The position numbers were made by a program, and so were the translations under genes. DNA of 63,777 nt, filler included, from Reticulomyxa filosa (lineage: Eukaryota > Protista > Foraminifera), in NCBI GenBank assembly GCA_000512085.1. It is 22 parts of 22 records of this genome, joined end to end, with 100 filler letters (N's around TTAATTAATTAA, not from the genome) between each part and the next. Parts side by side here need not be neighbours in the genome. Positions count along the whole stretch, not along the records: positions 33,169 to 34,630 come from ASPP01026760.1; positions 34,731 to 36,233 come from ASPP01009185.1; positions 36,334 to 41,140 come from ASPP01010560.1; positions 41,241 to 42,377 come from ASPP01019208.1; positions 42,478 to 43,865 come from ASPP01017205.1; positions 43,966 to 52,993 come from ASPP01010091.1; 16 more parts are not named here. One strand, written 5' to 3'. The notes beneath the pieces are model-generated. The model saw nothing but the letters and a program-made list of their open reading frames with translations, did no database searches and was not told the DNA's origin. Within the stretch, counting starts at the first letter, position 1; every line of letters starts with the position of its first letter. This document shows positions 33,299 to 46,451 of this stretch, piece by piece.

Positions 33299-34630
33299 TT
33301 ATAGAAAATGTTTGCTGAAATGACCAGACTTCACAAATTTGGTTTTGTGAAACTTACTCCAAGTTTCATTCCCAAAGGCCACTTGCGTTTTTCGTTCCCC
33401 AATAGTACGTCCTTGTTTTGCCTCATTCTCGCTGTCGCTTATCCCATTGCTACTCCGAAATCCAAATAGGGGCAAGTCTTGAATATTGCATGGCACTTCC
33501 ATGACCTGGGCCAGGCAGATCGAACACTAGCTTGATGCCTCCTCCACAGCCAGCACTGCACTTGCCAAGAAGTTTCCACTCAGTCCATTCTCCAAAGATG
33601 CATCGGTCACTGCAAGGATTAGGAATGGTAAAACAACGCCTTGTGTTGTAAAGTTGAGGTACATCTGGAACGTCCGCCCGATGCTGCATCCCGTTAATTT
33701 CACCTTTCAACAATTGTCAAGAGTTTGGACTACCAGGCTGAACGTCAAATTTTCAAAATATAGTAATTGGAATGACAACAGCAGTAAGTGTTGTATCTTG
33801 AGTAATTGACAGCAGGTATATGTTTGACTTATGTTCGCAATCACATCCGAGACGAATGGTAACATCAGTCAATGGAGCAGATGAATCGTCATATTTGCAC
33901 GATTGGTTTGGCAATTTGCTGCTTGTATTCACTCGCCAGACGATCGTAGTAATGTCATAAGTAGCATCGTACAGCGATGATAAATATTCGATCGACTATT
34001 CAGTGTCAATATCTTCACGCATGCTCTCCAAATACAAAGGTTCACTGTTGTCGCATTCGGAATCATATAACCCTGGTCTCAAAGTTGCATGTCCTTTCGA
34101 AGCCAGCTCAAAGTATTGACACTTGCCGGAGTAACTTCGACTTCCCAGACACATTCTCGGTCTAATTCGGTTGTGAGTCCATCAGTATCCATGTCTTTGG
34201 TCACAAAATCAATGCACAAGTCACAGTTACAAGGAATTTGTAAAAATAATTTCTCCAATAGCACTGGAACTTGGGTTGAATTGTTGTTCAAATACGGACT
34301 TCTCGGATACACACAGACTTGGTATTGAATGTACGCACGATCCTTGGAAGCTTTAAACTCATAATCGATCAACTCCAATGTCCATTCATCTTCGTCCTTG
34401 TTCACAGTGCATTCGGACACAGAAAGTGAGGAGGAGGAAAGTAGCAAATTGTAGCTGTTGGACTTCCCGTTAGGTAAAGGTAGGATCACTTGTTGGATGA
34501 TATGTTGGTTTGCCTGTGGGTCTTTGTGTTGGTCTCGAAGTAGGAAAAGTTGTTGGGCTATATGTCGGACTGTTGGTAGAGCATTGATTGGCCTTAGCGC
34601 TGGACTGTAAGTGGGACTGTAAGTGGGACT
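33299..34630 (-). CDS. Frameshifted surface or secreted protein with PT repeats, a Cys-containing domain and a thrombospondin type-1 repeat
   Basis: SPTYSPTYSP repeats at the contig start; CIFGEWTEWKLLGKCSAGCGGG (TSP1 WxxW..CS.xCGGG) and EVPCN; multiple frame breaks. Confidence 0.55.
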
Positions 34631-34747
34631 NNNNNNNNNNNNNNNNNNNNNNNNNNNNNNNNNNNNNNNNNNNNTTAATTAATTAANNNNNNNNNNNNNN
34701 NNNNNNNNNNNNNNNNNNNNNNNNNNNNNNTATGGGGAGAATGCGCA

Positions 34748-36233
34748 ATGAACAAGCAGCAATACACTCTCGCTGCCCTGGCCCTGGCCGTGGCCGTGGC
34801 CGTGGCGTTGGCAAGCGGTGGCTACTGGCTGGGCAGGCAAGGCCAAGCCGACCATACGGCAAGCACGGTGGCTGACACCGCAACAGATGGTCGCAAGGTG
34901 CTGTACTGGTACGACCCGATGGTGCCAAACCAGCACTTCGACAAGCCGGGCAAATCGCCTTTCATGGACATGCAACTGGTGCCCAAGTATGCCGACGCGG
35001 GCGGCGAGGCGGACTGGGGGTCAGGGTCGATACCTGGTGTGGTACAGAACCTGGGTATCCGGCTGGCGACAGTCGAAGCCCAAATGCTAGCGGAACCGAT
35101 CGCAGCGGCCGCAAGCGTGATGTTCAATGAACGAGATGTGGCCATCATTCAGGCACGCAGCACCGGCTTCGTGCAAAAAGTGTATGCCCGGGCTCCGGGT
35201 GATGTGGTGCCTGTCGGTGCCCCCATCGCCGATCTGCTGGTACCGGAGTGGGCCGGCGCCCAGCAGGAGTTCCTGGCCATGCTCAAAACCGGCGACAAGG
35301 CGCTGGCCAACGCAGCCCGCGAGCGTCTGCGTCTGACGGGGATACCGGAGTCGCTGATCACGCGTGTCGAGCAGACTGGCATCCCACATGCTGTGGTGAC
35401 CATTACGGCCCCGGTCGGCGGGGTCATTCAGGAACTGGACGTGCGCAGCGGCATGACCGTTGGCATGGGCATGACGCTGGCCAGGATCAACGGTTTGGGT
35501 AGTGTGTGGCTGGAGGCAGCCATCCCCGAAGCCCAGGCTGATCGCGTCCGTACCGGCCAACCCTTGGTGGCCCAGTTGACCGCCTACCCGGGCGAGACAT
35601 TCAAGGGCAAGGTCATCGCGGTACTGCCGCAAACCAACACCGATAGCCGCACCCTGCGCGTGCGTATCGAGTTGCCCAACCGGGATGGCCGGCTCAAGCC
35701 AGGCATGTTTGCCCAGGTGCGCGTCGAGGCGGGAACGGGTAAGCCGGCAATCGTGGTGCCTTCCGAAGCCATCATTCGCACTGGTACGCGTGCTGTGGTA
35801 CTCCTCGCCACCGACGGCGGGCACTACCAGCCGGTCGAGGTACAGATCGGCCGGGAGTCTGGCGGCAAGACCGTCGTACTCAAGGGGCTGGCGGAAGGCC
35901 AGAAAGTGGTCGCTTCCGGTCAGTTCCTGATTGACTCCGAAGCGAGCCTCAAGGGCGTGCTAGCACGGCTGGACGGAGGCGCGGCGTTCACCACGACAGC
36001 TCCTCAGCTATCCCGCGACAAAGCTGCCACGCCCAACCAGGCGATTGGCAAGGTGGAGGCCATCCAGGCCGGTGAGATCACCATTTCACACGGGCCGGTT
36101 GCCACACTCGGCTGGGGGGCGATGACCATGACCTTCAAGCTCGCCAAACCCGAGCTAGCCGCCGGTCTGAAACCGGGTGACAGTGTCTCGTTCGGCTTCA
36201 GCCAGAACGGCAGTGACTACGTGGTGCAGCAAC
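34748..36233 (+). CDS. cusB: Bacterial heavy-metal efflux RND periplasmic adaptor (CusB/SilB family) with N-terminal metal-binding motif and C-terminal CusF-like domain; 3'-truncated
   Basis: N-terminal membrane anchor; YWYDPMVPNQHFDKPGKSPFMDMQLVP; MFP core ITAPVGGVI, TRT-like SRTLRVRIELPNRDGRLKPGMFA, VPSEAII, GLAEGQKVV.SGQFLIDSE; CusF motif ISHGPVATLGWGAMTMTF. GC-rich and intronless, with GGGGAG upstream as a possible RBS. Confidence 0.93.
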
Positions 36234-36409
36234 NNNNNNNNNNNNNNNNNNNNNNNNNNNNNNNNNNNNNNNNNNNNTTAATTAATTAANNNNNNNNNNN
36301 NNNNNNNNNNNNNNNNNNNNNNNNNNNNNNNNNAAAAAAAAAAAAAAAAAAAAAAAAAAAAGAAACATTGTAGCTGAGGAAAAAGAAGGAAGAAAAAAAA
36401 AAAACAAAC

Positions 36410-37471
36410 TTTTGATGGTTTAGTGGTTTCAATTGAATGGTCGGGTTCACTGTAATTGGTACGTATGTCGGTGAGTTCGGCAACGGCCAAGGAAGCGAGC
36501 ATATCTAAACTTGTGGCGTCCACCTCTTCACTGAGGATAGTTCGGCAATCGTGGTCATGATCTTCGACAGTGTCGTAATGTTTGGCAACACTTTGGTGTT
36601 CTTGCCGATAGCAACACTGGATCAGGTCAATCATGTTTTTCCCGAGTTGCGCAATATTCTGCTCAATCAAGCCGAGACCAGAGTCAAGCGATTCACTCGA
36701 CGAGAATCGGAGTGGAAGATTTTTAGGTAAAAACTGGTTCAGGCCGTAAAAGTCAATCTCTGCTAAAATGTCTTCCATTTTGATGTCGTCGCAGTCGCTC
36801 AAAGGATTGGTGCTCGCATACTGCAACGGGGGTGGTCTGGATTCCAAAAACAACTTGGGGTTAGACAAATATTTAATGACGTATCGAAATAACACATCAC
36901 TTCGTTCAATGTGGTAGTACCAGTGGTACTTGTGTGATTCCCATTGCACCTGAGCACAAGGCGTTTTCAAACACCATCCTGGGATCATTGCTTTCGCTTC
37001 ACTCTCTTTTGTCTGACTCATCGTTTCGTCAGTGCTTCCACTTTTTTGATTGGGTGTCGATGACGGAGGACATGCCATCGGAGTGAACACATAAGATCCC
37101 AAGTGCGTGTGACGATACTTGAAAAATCCACGTAAGGGCATTTGAAAACGACCCTTGCCAACGTCCAACACTATCATCACATTGTCCAAGTCTGGGGGAT
37201 ACTTCGGCATTATCCATTCCATTGTCTTACTCGGTGGCTGTTGCAGTCCATTCGTCTTCAACTGTGGAAACACTGCTGTCTTTGACATTGCATGCACTCC
37301 TCGACATTCACTACTGCCTGTTTGCACTACGCTTTTTTCATTTGACACTGACGACAATGGAGACGGCAGCAACGGAGGTATAATCCCACGTGTGAACGAC
37401 GTTGAGTGAGCCATTGCGAATGACCCTGAAGGATTCATGTTTGGAATTGTCGTCGGCAATGCGATCGACAT
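36410..37471 (-). CDS. BTB/POZ (KCTD/T1-type) domain protein, 3'-truncated
   Basis: IVLDVGKGRFQM..FFKYRHTHLG ... YHIERSDVLFRYVIKYL ... ILAEIDFYGL matches the T1 pattern LNVGG.F.T..TL.K.P.S.L / FIDRD..F..IL.YL / EA.FY.L. Confidence 0.8.
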
Positions 37472-38262
37472 ATTCCTTTATTTTTTTTTCGGTTTTTTTG
37501 CTTTGTGTTGTCAAAGCCGAAAAAAACTTAAAAAAAAATGAAATGTAGGAGAAAAAAAGACAATATAATTGGCTTCATATAATTAAAAAACTTACAGAGG
37601 TCTGCAATACTGTGCAACGCGGAGGTAGCAGGAGGTCACAAATAAATGTCAAAAGGGCCAAAAATAAATTTCGTTTTGCTGAGCATGCAGCAACACTTCG
37701 GCTCACAAATTCCTCATACACAGCAAATTCAAGTTAATCAATTATCCTGTCCTGTAGTATTATCCAAGTTACTTAGCACATAATCCAAGAAAAATCCATG
37801 AAACAGCGTTTCTTCATATGACTCAAAAATTTCACACAGTCAACATTTTTTTTCGGTTGTTGTCAAAATGAAAACAATTTACAAAGGTTTCACATCTCCG
37901 AAGAAAAAAAGCCGCTTTTGGCCCAGTGGAAATTGAAAGCCTAACCAATTTTTTCAAAAATACCGCCTGCATACTGATAGAACATATTATTGTAGTCATT
38001 CAATTCAAAATTGTATTCAATTGAAAATAGTGACAAATCAAATTCAGACTTATAAGGTTTTATTTTAACGTTTTTGCCTATGAATCAAAGTAATTCTCTC
38101 TCACCTCACAAACAAAATTAAATGGACAAGTATATTTACTCCATGATCATTCGTCCCCAAACTGCAATGCATTTTCAGTTGGTCGTCTTAAAGGCTATTG
38201 ATACACGTTACTTCAACACATAGTTTGCTACAATAATCCATATATATACTTGCATTTTGACT

Positions 38263-40474
38263 ATGGACTTTGTGGCTAATAAACTAGGCAATGGCTCTGT
38301 TGTTTATCTACTCTTGCGTTTTTGTTCATTTTGAAGACCACTAGTTAGGCCAAGCAGAAAACCTGCTAAAACAAAAAATAGTTATTTCCTTGCACAATAA
38401 TTTTTGACAGTGTAGATTTAAAAAAAGTATGAATGAAATAAAATGGTTCGCTTGCTGCTTTCTCAAATTTTCGGGTTTTTTTTTAATTACAGATATAGTC
38501 GTCATGGAATATATGATTACTTTTCTTTCTATAATTAATTCTTCTTCTCTTCCTGTTTCTACCACCTTACTTTGCATAGAGTTTATGGTTGGTATAGTGA
38601 ATATAATTGCATTTTCGTCTTTCTTGACTCAAGTGCAACTGATATTCAAGGAGGGTCTAGTGCCAGCAGCAGATATTGTCGAAGCCTGGAAATCTAAGCA
38701 CAAAATTTTGAATGAAAGGCATTTTTAAAAAAATTGCTTTGTTTTTTGTTTGGATACAAATGAGTACCCATAAAATTTTTTTGCAACATGCCAGTACACT
38801 GAAAAAGGACAAATAAGGGGGGGAGGGGGGTGAAACACACTGATGAAAATACACAAGTGTAATAAAGAATAAAATGTCATGGTGCGCTCGTCTAATATAT
38901 AAACCAAACGTGTTTTGGTATCGTAGTGATGATCAATTTCTGGCAATGGCATGTTATGTAGGCGTGATGACAGGTGTTGCGATATGTGTGTTGTCGCTGT
39001 CGACGTGCATATATTTGCTCGGCGCATGTTATTTTGTTTGTGCACTACTATACAGCTCCTTGGTCAGCGTAAGTAGTATATTTTTGGGCTTGCAATCCGA
39101 TTCCAATTTAATCGAAACTAATTTCTTATTGGGGATGTGCAGCGTCCTACGTTATCGCTGTCCAGTGTTGACAATATGGATACTCCGATGGTTGGCCGCA
39201 CGAACAATGATGGGATGTGGTTTGTGTAAATGGTTCGGGAGTCCAATGTGGAAAAATTTGAGCGCAATGGTAAGTTTTTACATTGTATACATATGCATAT
39301 ATATATGTATATGTATGTATATGTATGTATATATTATATACGGTGCGTGATATGGGAAATGCGTTTATAGAAACATCACTATTATACTCAACCCTTGCCA
39401 AATCCAGTTTCTTATTATTGGCAACAATTGCCTTCGTGGTTTCATGAGCTCTCTGTAATCATGACATTTGTGATCGAGGGACCTCTGGGGTTTCTTATCT
39501 TTTCCACAAAGATATGGCGGTATTTTGCTTTCATTGGATTTCAAGGAATCAATTTGTTAATCAATTCAACCGGAAATTATGGCTTCATTGGTGCACTCAA
39601 TATGACTGAAAATTTAGCTATTGTAGATGATTCAGTCTGGCCTACAGGCTTTGTTGATTACAGCGAAGGGCTTAGGTACATTTTTTTTTTATTTCTTTGT
39701 AAATTGTAATCATAAGTTTTTTTTTTAAAAAAAAAAAAAAAAGAGCCAAGTGGTCGGCTTGGTATGGTGATCAGTGGAGTTGGTATGAATGTCTGACCAT
39801 ACCTGTGGTACTGATGTACCTAGCTGCGTATGTGTGTGCGTCATGGGTACCCTGGGCAGACACTAGCCGTTATCCATTGCCAGTGTGGAGTAGAGCAGAA
39901 CGACTATACTCTTTTTTCAAAAGTTATAACTTAGTTAATCATTATGCCAAGTTTGGCTCGATGCATCAAGGAAGATTTGAATTTATTATTGAAGGGTCCA
40001 ATGACCAACGGGTTTGGGAGTCGTATCAATTCAAATTTAAGCCGTCATCTAGTAATCAAATCCCAAGCATTGTACCTCTTCATATCCCACGCTTGGATTG
40101 GGTAATGCTTTTTCAATCTCATACATTTATAACACAGCATCTCAAAGTACAATATAACCATTTCACTTTTCATTATTTCTCTTTTTTTTTTGCGTGTCTT
40201 ACAGAGAGCTTGGTTCTTACCTTTGGAATGGCGTCGATGTGATCGAGATGGGTATACCTATTCTTCGCCTGCATGGTGGCGCAGACTTGAACACTTATTG
40301 CGCCAAAATCATCCCATTGCATTGCAATGTATCAAACATAACCCTTTCCCCATTCAAGGACCAAGATACATCCGAACGCGGGTTGACCGATTTGAGTTTG
40401 TACCTTCTGTCAATCTAACTGCAACTCGTGAAATCGTATGGTGGAACACTACACAATGCGATGAGTTGTCATGA
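38263..40474 (+). CDS. Lipase maturation factor family protein (LMF1/LMF2-like), multi-exon
   Basis: AFSSFLTQVQLI..EGLVPA; FLGLQSDSNLIETNFL; LRWLAARTMMGCGLCK..W.NLSAM/HYYTQPLPNP.SYY; TGNYGF; LVNHYAKFGSM..RFEFIIEGS.D..W..YQFKFKP; PLHIPRLDW/RAWF; PRYIR. Start approximate. Confidence 0.9.
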
Positions 40475-42494
40475 TTGGTTAAATGTTACAAAACTCTGTA
40501 ATTTTGTATTCTTTTCTTAGAAACAGTCAAAATAACGATTGAAATTAGTACTTTATTAAATTAAACCAAAAAACATGTTCTATAATGTGTGTAAAGTGTT
40601 TAGTTTTTTTTAGTTAATAATCATCAGTTTACCCTTGGTTGCTATAAGTGTTTTTTTGTTTTTGGACTTCGCTTCTGGCTCCTCTTTTAATCCTACATGT
40701 TGATATACCAGATATGCTTAGCATGTCCATGGAAGTGAGATTATAGCCTAGATAACTATTTATCTCAAAATATCAATTGAGTTTTGTATTAATGACATTA
40801 GCATCTTTGATATTTTTTTAATATAATTGTTAACTTTCTTTCTAAAATTTACAAAAATCAATAAAAGATTTAAATTTTGAAAAGATATAATAAAAATCCT
40901 GCTTTATTGTAATAATGAAATTATTTATTTTTAACCATTTTCATAAGCTTCAAAGAATTTGTTTTTTGATGATGTGTGATTGCGTATACTTAAAGTATAA
41001 GTCAACTTAGAGGGACATTACAAAAAAGGATTTCGAAAATTTTAAGATTTTTGTTATTTTCTTTTTTTTTTTTTTTAAGAAAGTGAGATCTTATCCTAGT
41101 TAAAATGAGCACTTCGTCCCAAAAGGAACACAGTACTCTANNNNNNNNNNNNNNNNNNNNNNNNNNNNNNNNNNNNNNNNNNNNTTAATTAATTAANNNN
41201 NNNNNNNNNNNNNNNNNNNNNNNNNNNNNNNNNNNNNNNNAGCTGCGCTGGAGCTTTTCCCACGGCTTTTCTTCTTGCATCTTGTATAATAATGTTTTTT
41301 AAACATTATCGATATTTTTAACAGACTTTTTCTTCCATCCAAAAAAAAATTGGAAAGTACCTTCAATATGAAATCAAAATAACGTGTACAACATTTTTTA
41401 CAATCAAAAGATACAAATTCAAAGAAATAGTGCTTTTTTAAAAATGAACGCTTGTTGGATTTTTTGTGGGAGAGTTGAATAAGATTTTGTGCTCGTTGAA
41501 CATTTGAAACAGCTTTTTTTTTTTGAAAGGGACATTTGGGTTATTGATTATTATCAAAAGAAAACGATAAATTTTTTGTTATTATTGAACGATAACTGTC
41601 AGAAGGTTTTTTTGAAAGTACTAACGGATCGCCTAAAAAAATGAATCAATAATGACGAACATAACCTACAATTTTTTTGAATTAGAAAGAGATTAAGTGC
41701 CAAACCAGAAAGCCGGGACTCAAATGCTGAACACCTTGCCAATTTATGATGTCCTATTTGTTGTCTTGACCGAACAAACCAACCCAACTACATTCTTAGT
41801 GCAAATAAAATGAAATACTCCTTTGTCATTTCATTTTAACAGAGGATATAATCCCAATATTTGTACATACAATTTGTATGTGTCCATTGCCATTGATAAG
41901 CCAAAGCAATCCTAAACTTTAATATCAAATTGTCATTCTCCAGTAAATGTTTCTTCTTTTTCCTTCACTCTGATCAAACTTTTCTTTACCTCTTTACTTC
42001 GCCTTTATTTAAGGGTAAGAGACCAAAGAGGGAAAGCATATCATTAACAACTCATTGATTTTTTTTGTGATTATTTGTTTTGCTTTGTGCATTTGTCCTC
42101 CTGGCATTTTCCCCCTTTTGCCCCTCTTGCACTTTTTTTTTCACTCGCTGCAATTTGCTTATTTTACTTTTCTGTCACCTTTACTGTTTTTTCTTTCTAA
42201 AAAACCACCTGTACTACATAATTTTTTCTAGGACACTTTTTTGTTGTAGCTTTTTTTGACACTCACAAACGTACTGTTCGACGTTGCATTGGATATTTGA
42301 GATCCACGTCGAATACGAGGAAAGAAATACGATGACACAAAACAAGAGAATGCATGCTTCTATGGGATACATCCAAANNNNNNNNNNNNNNNNNNNNNNN
42401 NNNNNNNNNNNNNNNNNNNNNTTAATTAATTAANNNNNNNNNNNNNNNNNNNNNNNNNNNNNNNNNNNNNNNNNNNNAAAAAAAAAAAAAAACA

Positions 42495-43727
42495 AACTCT
42501 CAATAATAGATATGCTTTCTGGTACTGTGTCAAACAAAACTCTCTTTTTTCCTTTGCCAATCGCTCGAACAATGTCTCACCCTTTATTTTTTTTTTTTTT
42601 TGTTTTTTTTTTTTTTTGGATTTCCCGGATTTCCTGGACTGTTCCTTGTAATCTGAGGACATGTTTTCTGTGTTTTCCAATGTTGTATTGTCTACCTTAT
42701 TTTGATTTGTTGCTTGTACTTGTTCTTCACTCTGTGGTTGGGATTGGGATTGAGGTTGAGGTTGAGGTTGAGGTTGAGGTTGAAGTTGAGATTGAGGTTG
42801 AAGTCGAGATTGTAATTGGGACTGTGATTGAGGTTCGGCTTGCGTCGGCTGTTGCAATGGTAGTTGCATCTCTAGCGATGGCTTCGATTGTGTTTCTGAC
42901 TGTGTCTCAACTTGCACTTGTAGTTGAGGATGGGATTGCACTTGTAGTTGAGGGGGTGATTGCAGCCGTAGTTGAGGATGGGATTGCAGTTGTAGTTGAG
43001 AGTGGAATTGCAGTTGTAGAGGGTGGGATTCCAGTTGAGGAGGTGAGGGTGATGGTGATGATGATGGTGATGGTGGTGGTAATGGTAGTGATAATGATAG
43101 CGACGGTGATGGTGGTGGCTGTTGCGCGTCCACGTGAATGTCGTTTTCATGTCCGCTTATCTCTTCTTGTTGTGGCATCTCCGGCGCAGACTGTGATTTA
43201 TTAATCGATTGGTTCGACTCGCCTTCAGCACCTAGTTCCGTGGACATATCACACACTGAATCAGGAGAGCGAATGCATTGAGGATTGGCGACATCAGCTT
43301 TGAGAAGAAGAGAAGGAGGAGGAGAAGAAGAAGAAGAAGAAGAAGAAGGACATGGTCGTTTAGGATTTGGTTCGGCCATCCGACTTTGAGCGATAGCGGC
43401 AAGACCATGGATGGTCCTTTTTTGCTGTTTGTGGACAGGCGCGTTGGTGGGACTGGGCAAATAACATATGGCCAGAGAGTGATCGAGCTGCTTTAACACT
43501 GTCATCTTTTCACATTTCTTGTCGTGCAATTTCTTTAGCAATTGTGTCCGATAAATGTCATTATACCACGACACATATTCTGTTATTTCTTGGAACGTCT
43601 TGTTGCGCGTTGGCGTAGGCGAAGTGGATAAAGTAGATAAATCGGACGACTGCGCAGTTTCCGCATCGTCAAGCTCGAAGAATAAAGAGGGAAAATGAGG
43701 AACAAGCCAATCACTTGGCATTATCAA
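42495..43727 (-). CDS. Q/P/S-rich low-complexity hypothetical protein (internal exon)
   Basis: About 410 open codons with poly-S, (PS)n, QSHPQLQ(L/V) and (QP)n tracts and a basic KKKK patch; flanked by intron-like sequence. Confidence 0.55.
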
Positions 43728-43773
43728 GCTTGTTCCATTTGTATTCGCATTACCATTGCTATTACTATTGCCA

Positions 43774-43775
<2 letters not shown>

Positions 43776-43837
<62 letters not shown>

Positions 43838-43856
43838 TATTATTATTATTGTTATT
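43776..43856. repeat. (TAT)n microsatellite at a contig end
   Basis: Direct reading; similar (TAT)n tracts border contigs at 14435-14470 and 16749-16785. Confidence 0.9.
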
Positions 43857-44050
43857 GTGATTGTGNNNNNNNNNNNNNNNNNNNNNNNNNNNNNNNNNNN
43901 NNNNNNNNNTTAATTAATTAANNNNNNNNNNNNNNNNNNNNNNNNNNNNNNNNNNNNNNNNNNNNACACACACACGCATATATATATACATATATGTGCA
44001 CTACTTTTATTTCTATTTTCATTTGCATTAAAAAAAAAAACAAAACCAAC

Positions 44051-44829
44051 TTGAAATCGAGATTTTCTCCTTTTGGTATTTGAATTAGAGAGATTGTTGG
44101 GATTAGAAGAATTGGGATTGTTGTTGATAGACATTCCACCACCGACTTGTGATGGCAATGCTTCATTTTCGCCCGTGTTACCTCCAAATGTGCTCATGAT
44201 AGGTATTCTGGTGTTGGTGTTGCTAGTGCTATTGTTAGTATATTGACTATGGCTACTAGTATGGCCTCCTATGGGTTGGCCTCTTTGGTCCATTGCATTC
44301 ATATGTTGCACGTCATTGGAATACATTGGCAAGGAGACTTGTGGACCATTGTTATCAACAACAGTATTGGCATTACCAAAGCCAAACATTTGGGGGTTAT
44401 CAATGTTCCTATTCATGTTCATGTTTCTGTTCATGTTCATATTCATGTTCATCATGTTACCTCTCTCATCAAATCCAGGACGATCCATTATTTCGGGCTC
44501 ATGATGCAATTTCATGCGTTTTGACGGAGGTGAGCCAATGGCCACATTATTGTCATACATATTGTGAGGAGGATGTGGCATGTTCATTACATTTTCATTT
44601 CTGCCGTGAATCGAAGGGTAGCCCATTGACGTCGAGTTTAAATTAATCATATTGTCTTGTGCGTTTTCTGGGATTGCATCTTCATCAACGTCGATATTAT
44701 TGCCATTTACATTATTATTGGGTAAACTCTGGCCTCTTTTTTTTTTTTTAATTTAAAAAAGGAAAGCATTGCATTGTCGTTCTTGCACTTAAATGGATCG
44801 AACAAATGTTAAGGAGAGAGAAAAGAAAG

Positions 44830-44860
<31 letters not shown>

Positions 44861-46451
44861 CAATAATAACATACCCTTGAAAAACAGCTTGAAGCGAAGT
44901 AAACAAATCAGAGCTCCCGACATCACCCGGGTCACTATCGTTATCCTCTTTGGTTTGTTTAGTGATGACGTCAGTATTGTTGTTACTTTCATTAATTTGC
45001 TTTTGATTTGTGTTGGACATATCTTTGGAAGATGCAAACTCTTGTGCATTTCCTCCCTCTTTGCCTTCACTATTGGAGTGCTTTCTCTTGTGGCTATCAT
45101 CGGCTTGGCCGTGTTTGTGTCTTTTGTGTTTTGGTTTTTTTTTCATTGACTTCTCTCCGTCGTTGCTATTGTCGTGGTGATTACCGTTGTCATTGTTGTT
45201 GTCATTTTCATTCTGTGAATCTCTGTTTGTCGACCCTTTTTTGCTACGGCTTTTTTCTTTTTTACGAGACTTTTTTTCCTTGTCTTTCTCCTTTTCATTC
45301 TTTTTTTCTTCGTCTGTTTTTTTGGGAAGATCTTCAAATTTTTCAATGCTTTTCATTATTGATTCCATTTTCTCCTCAGGAAACCACCTTTCCTCCATTT
45401 ATTCCATGCCCCCCGTCCCGATATAAACAAACAATTTCTTTTTCTTTTGTTTATCTTGCTGTCTATCCTTTTTTTTTCCCCCCCTTTCGCCCCCTTTTCG
45501 TCCCCTTCCCTTTCCTAAACTTTTGGGAATGCCATATCCTGAACACCTTTTTAATGTAAGGTTTATCTGAACCTGGTCCCTGACATAATGCCTCAAATGT
45601 CTTATTAATGTTAATTCCAAAGCGCTCGGTGTACCTTTGCTCCTTTACTTTTTGCTGGAAACATAAACAAAACAAGGTCAAAAAAAAAAGGGGGTATTAA
45701 TTTTTGTGTAAACAAAAAAAAAGGCATTTTTTTTTAAGTAACTTTAGCTTGTTGACAGATAGAATCAATAATGTACAATTGAGGTAATTTACTATTTTGA
45801 ACAGTTTTTCCTTTTCGAACACTTCTCTCTATCAAATGTACGATTAATTTGTATTCCTATTTTTTTTTTTTTGAAACGCAAATCCGAAACTTATTTATTT
45901 AATTGTAAAAAAAAAAAAAAAAAAAAAATTAATAATATTATGTTGATACAATAAACTCGAGGGTGCGACAAAGCATATTTCGTGACAGTGGTAATCTTGG
46001 ACCTGGAAATGGAACTACATTGGCTTAGCGCATCTTCGAAAGCTTTTTGTTCTTTCCAAACGTGTTTGTGTGGGTTGCTTTTATCTTTGCTTTTTCCTTT
46101 TGTTTTTTTTTTGCGTTTTGCATTTTCTTCCATTTTTTGGATTTCGTTATTATTATTGTTATTCGTGTTGTTGCTGTTGTCATTGATGCTTTCGTCTTTA
46201 TTTGACATAGGCTCGTCCTGCGTCGTCGCCGTACTAGCTTGCATTTTCATTTCCGCTTCATCCTCTTTGTGAACTATTGAGGCTGTTGGCTCTATTTCTA
46301 TTTCTGTATTTTTGTTGGAACTACTCATTTCCTCTGCTTGGTTGTTTGAACTACCACTCAGCCATGCCGGTTCTTGCCCTTCCATATCGTCACTTTGGTC
46401 GTCACTCAGTTTTTCAAGCTGAGATGTGACAACTTCACTGCAATCACTCAT
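44051..46451 (-). CDS. RNA Pol II CTD-interacting domain (CID) protein, SCAF4/SCAF8-Nrd1/Seb1-like, multi-exon, 3'-truncated
   Basis: FEDALSQCSSISRSKITTVTKYAL/EYKLIVHLIEK..SKLPQLYIIDSICQQAK/QRYTERFGININKTFEALCQGP..DKPYIKKVFRIW parallels the SCAF8 CID (ISKAKMTQITK..YKHVVQSVEK..KVPGLYVIDSIVRQ..F.PRF..TF..L..DK.KIVRVLNLW). Basic and N/M-rich regions follow. Confidence 0.82.

Noticed and set aside
34679-35930. Overlapping and antisense ORFs within cusB
   Set aside because: Shadow ORFs of GC-rich coding DNA.
34631-36333. Horizontal transfer of a copper-efflux gene next to host TSP1 and BTB genes
   Set aside because: Bounded by spacers on both sides, so there is no physical linkage to host DNA.
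41241-42377. Possible ncRNA or gene on contig 13
   Set aside because: AT-rich, with no tRNA, rRNA or other structure that I can support.
42512-43921. Poly-V/E, poly-H, poly-I and poly-Y ORFs
   Set aside because: Alternative-frame readings of microsatellites and low-complexity coding repeats.
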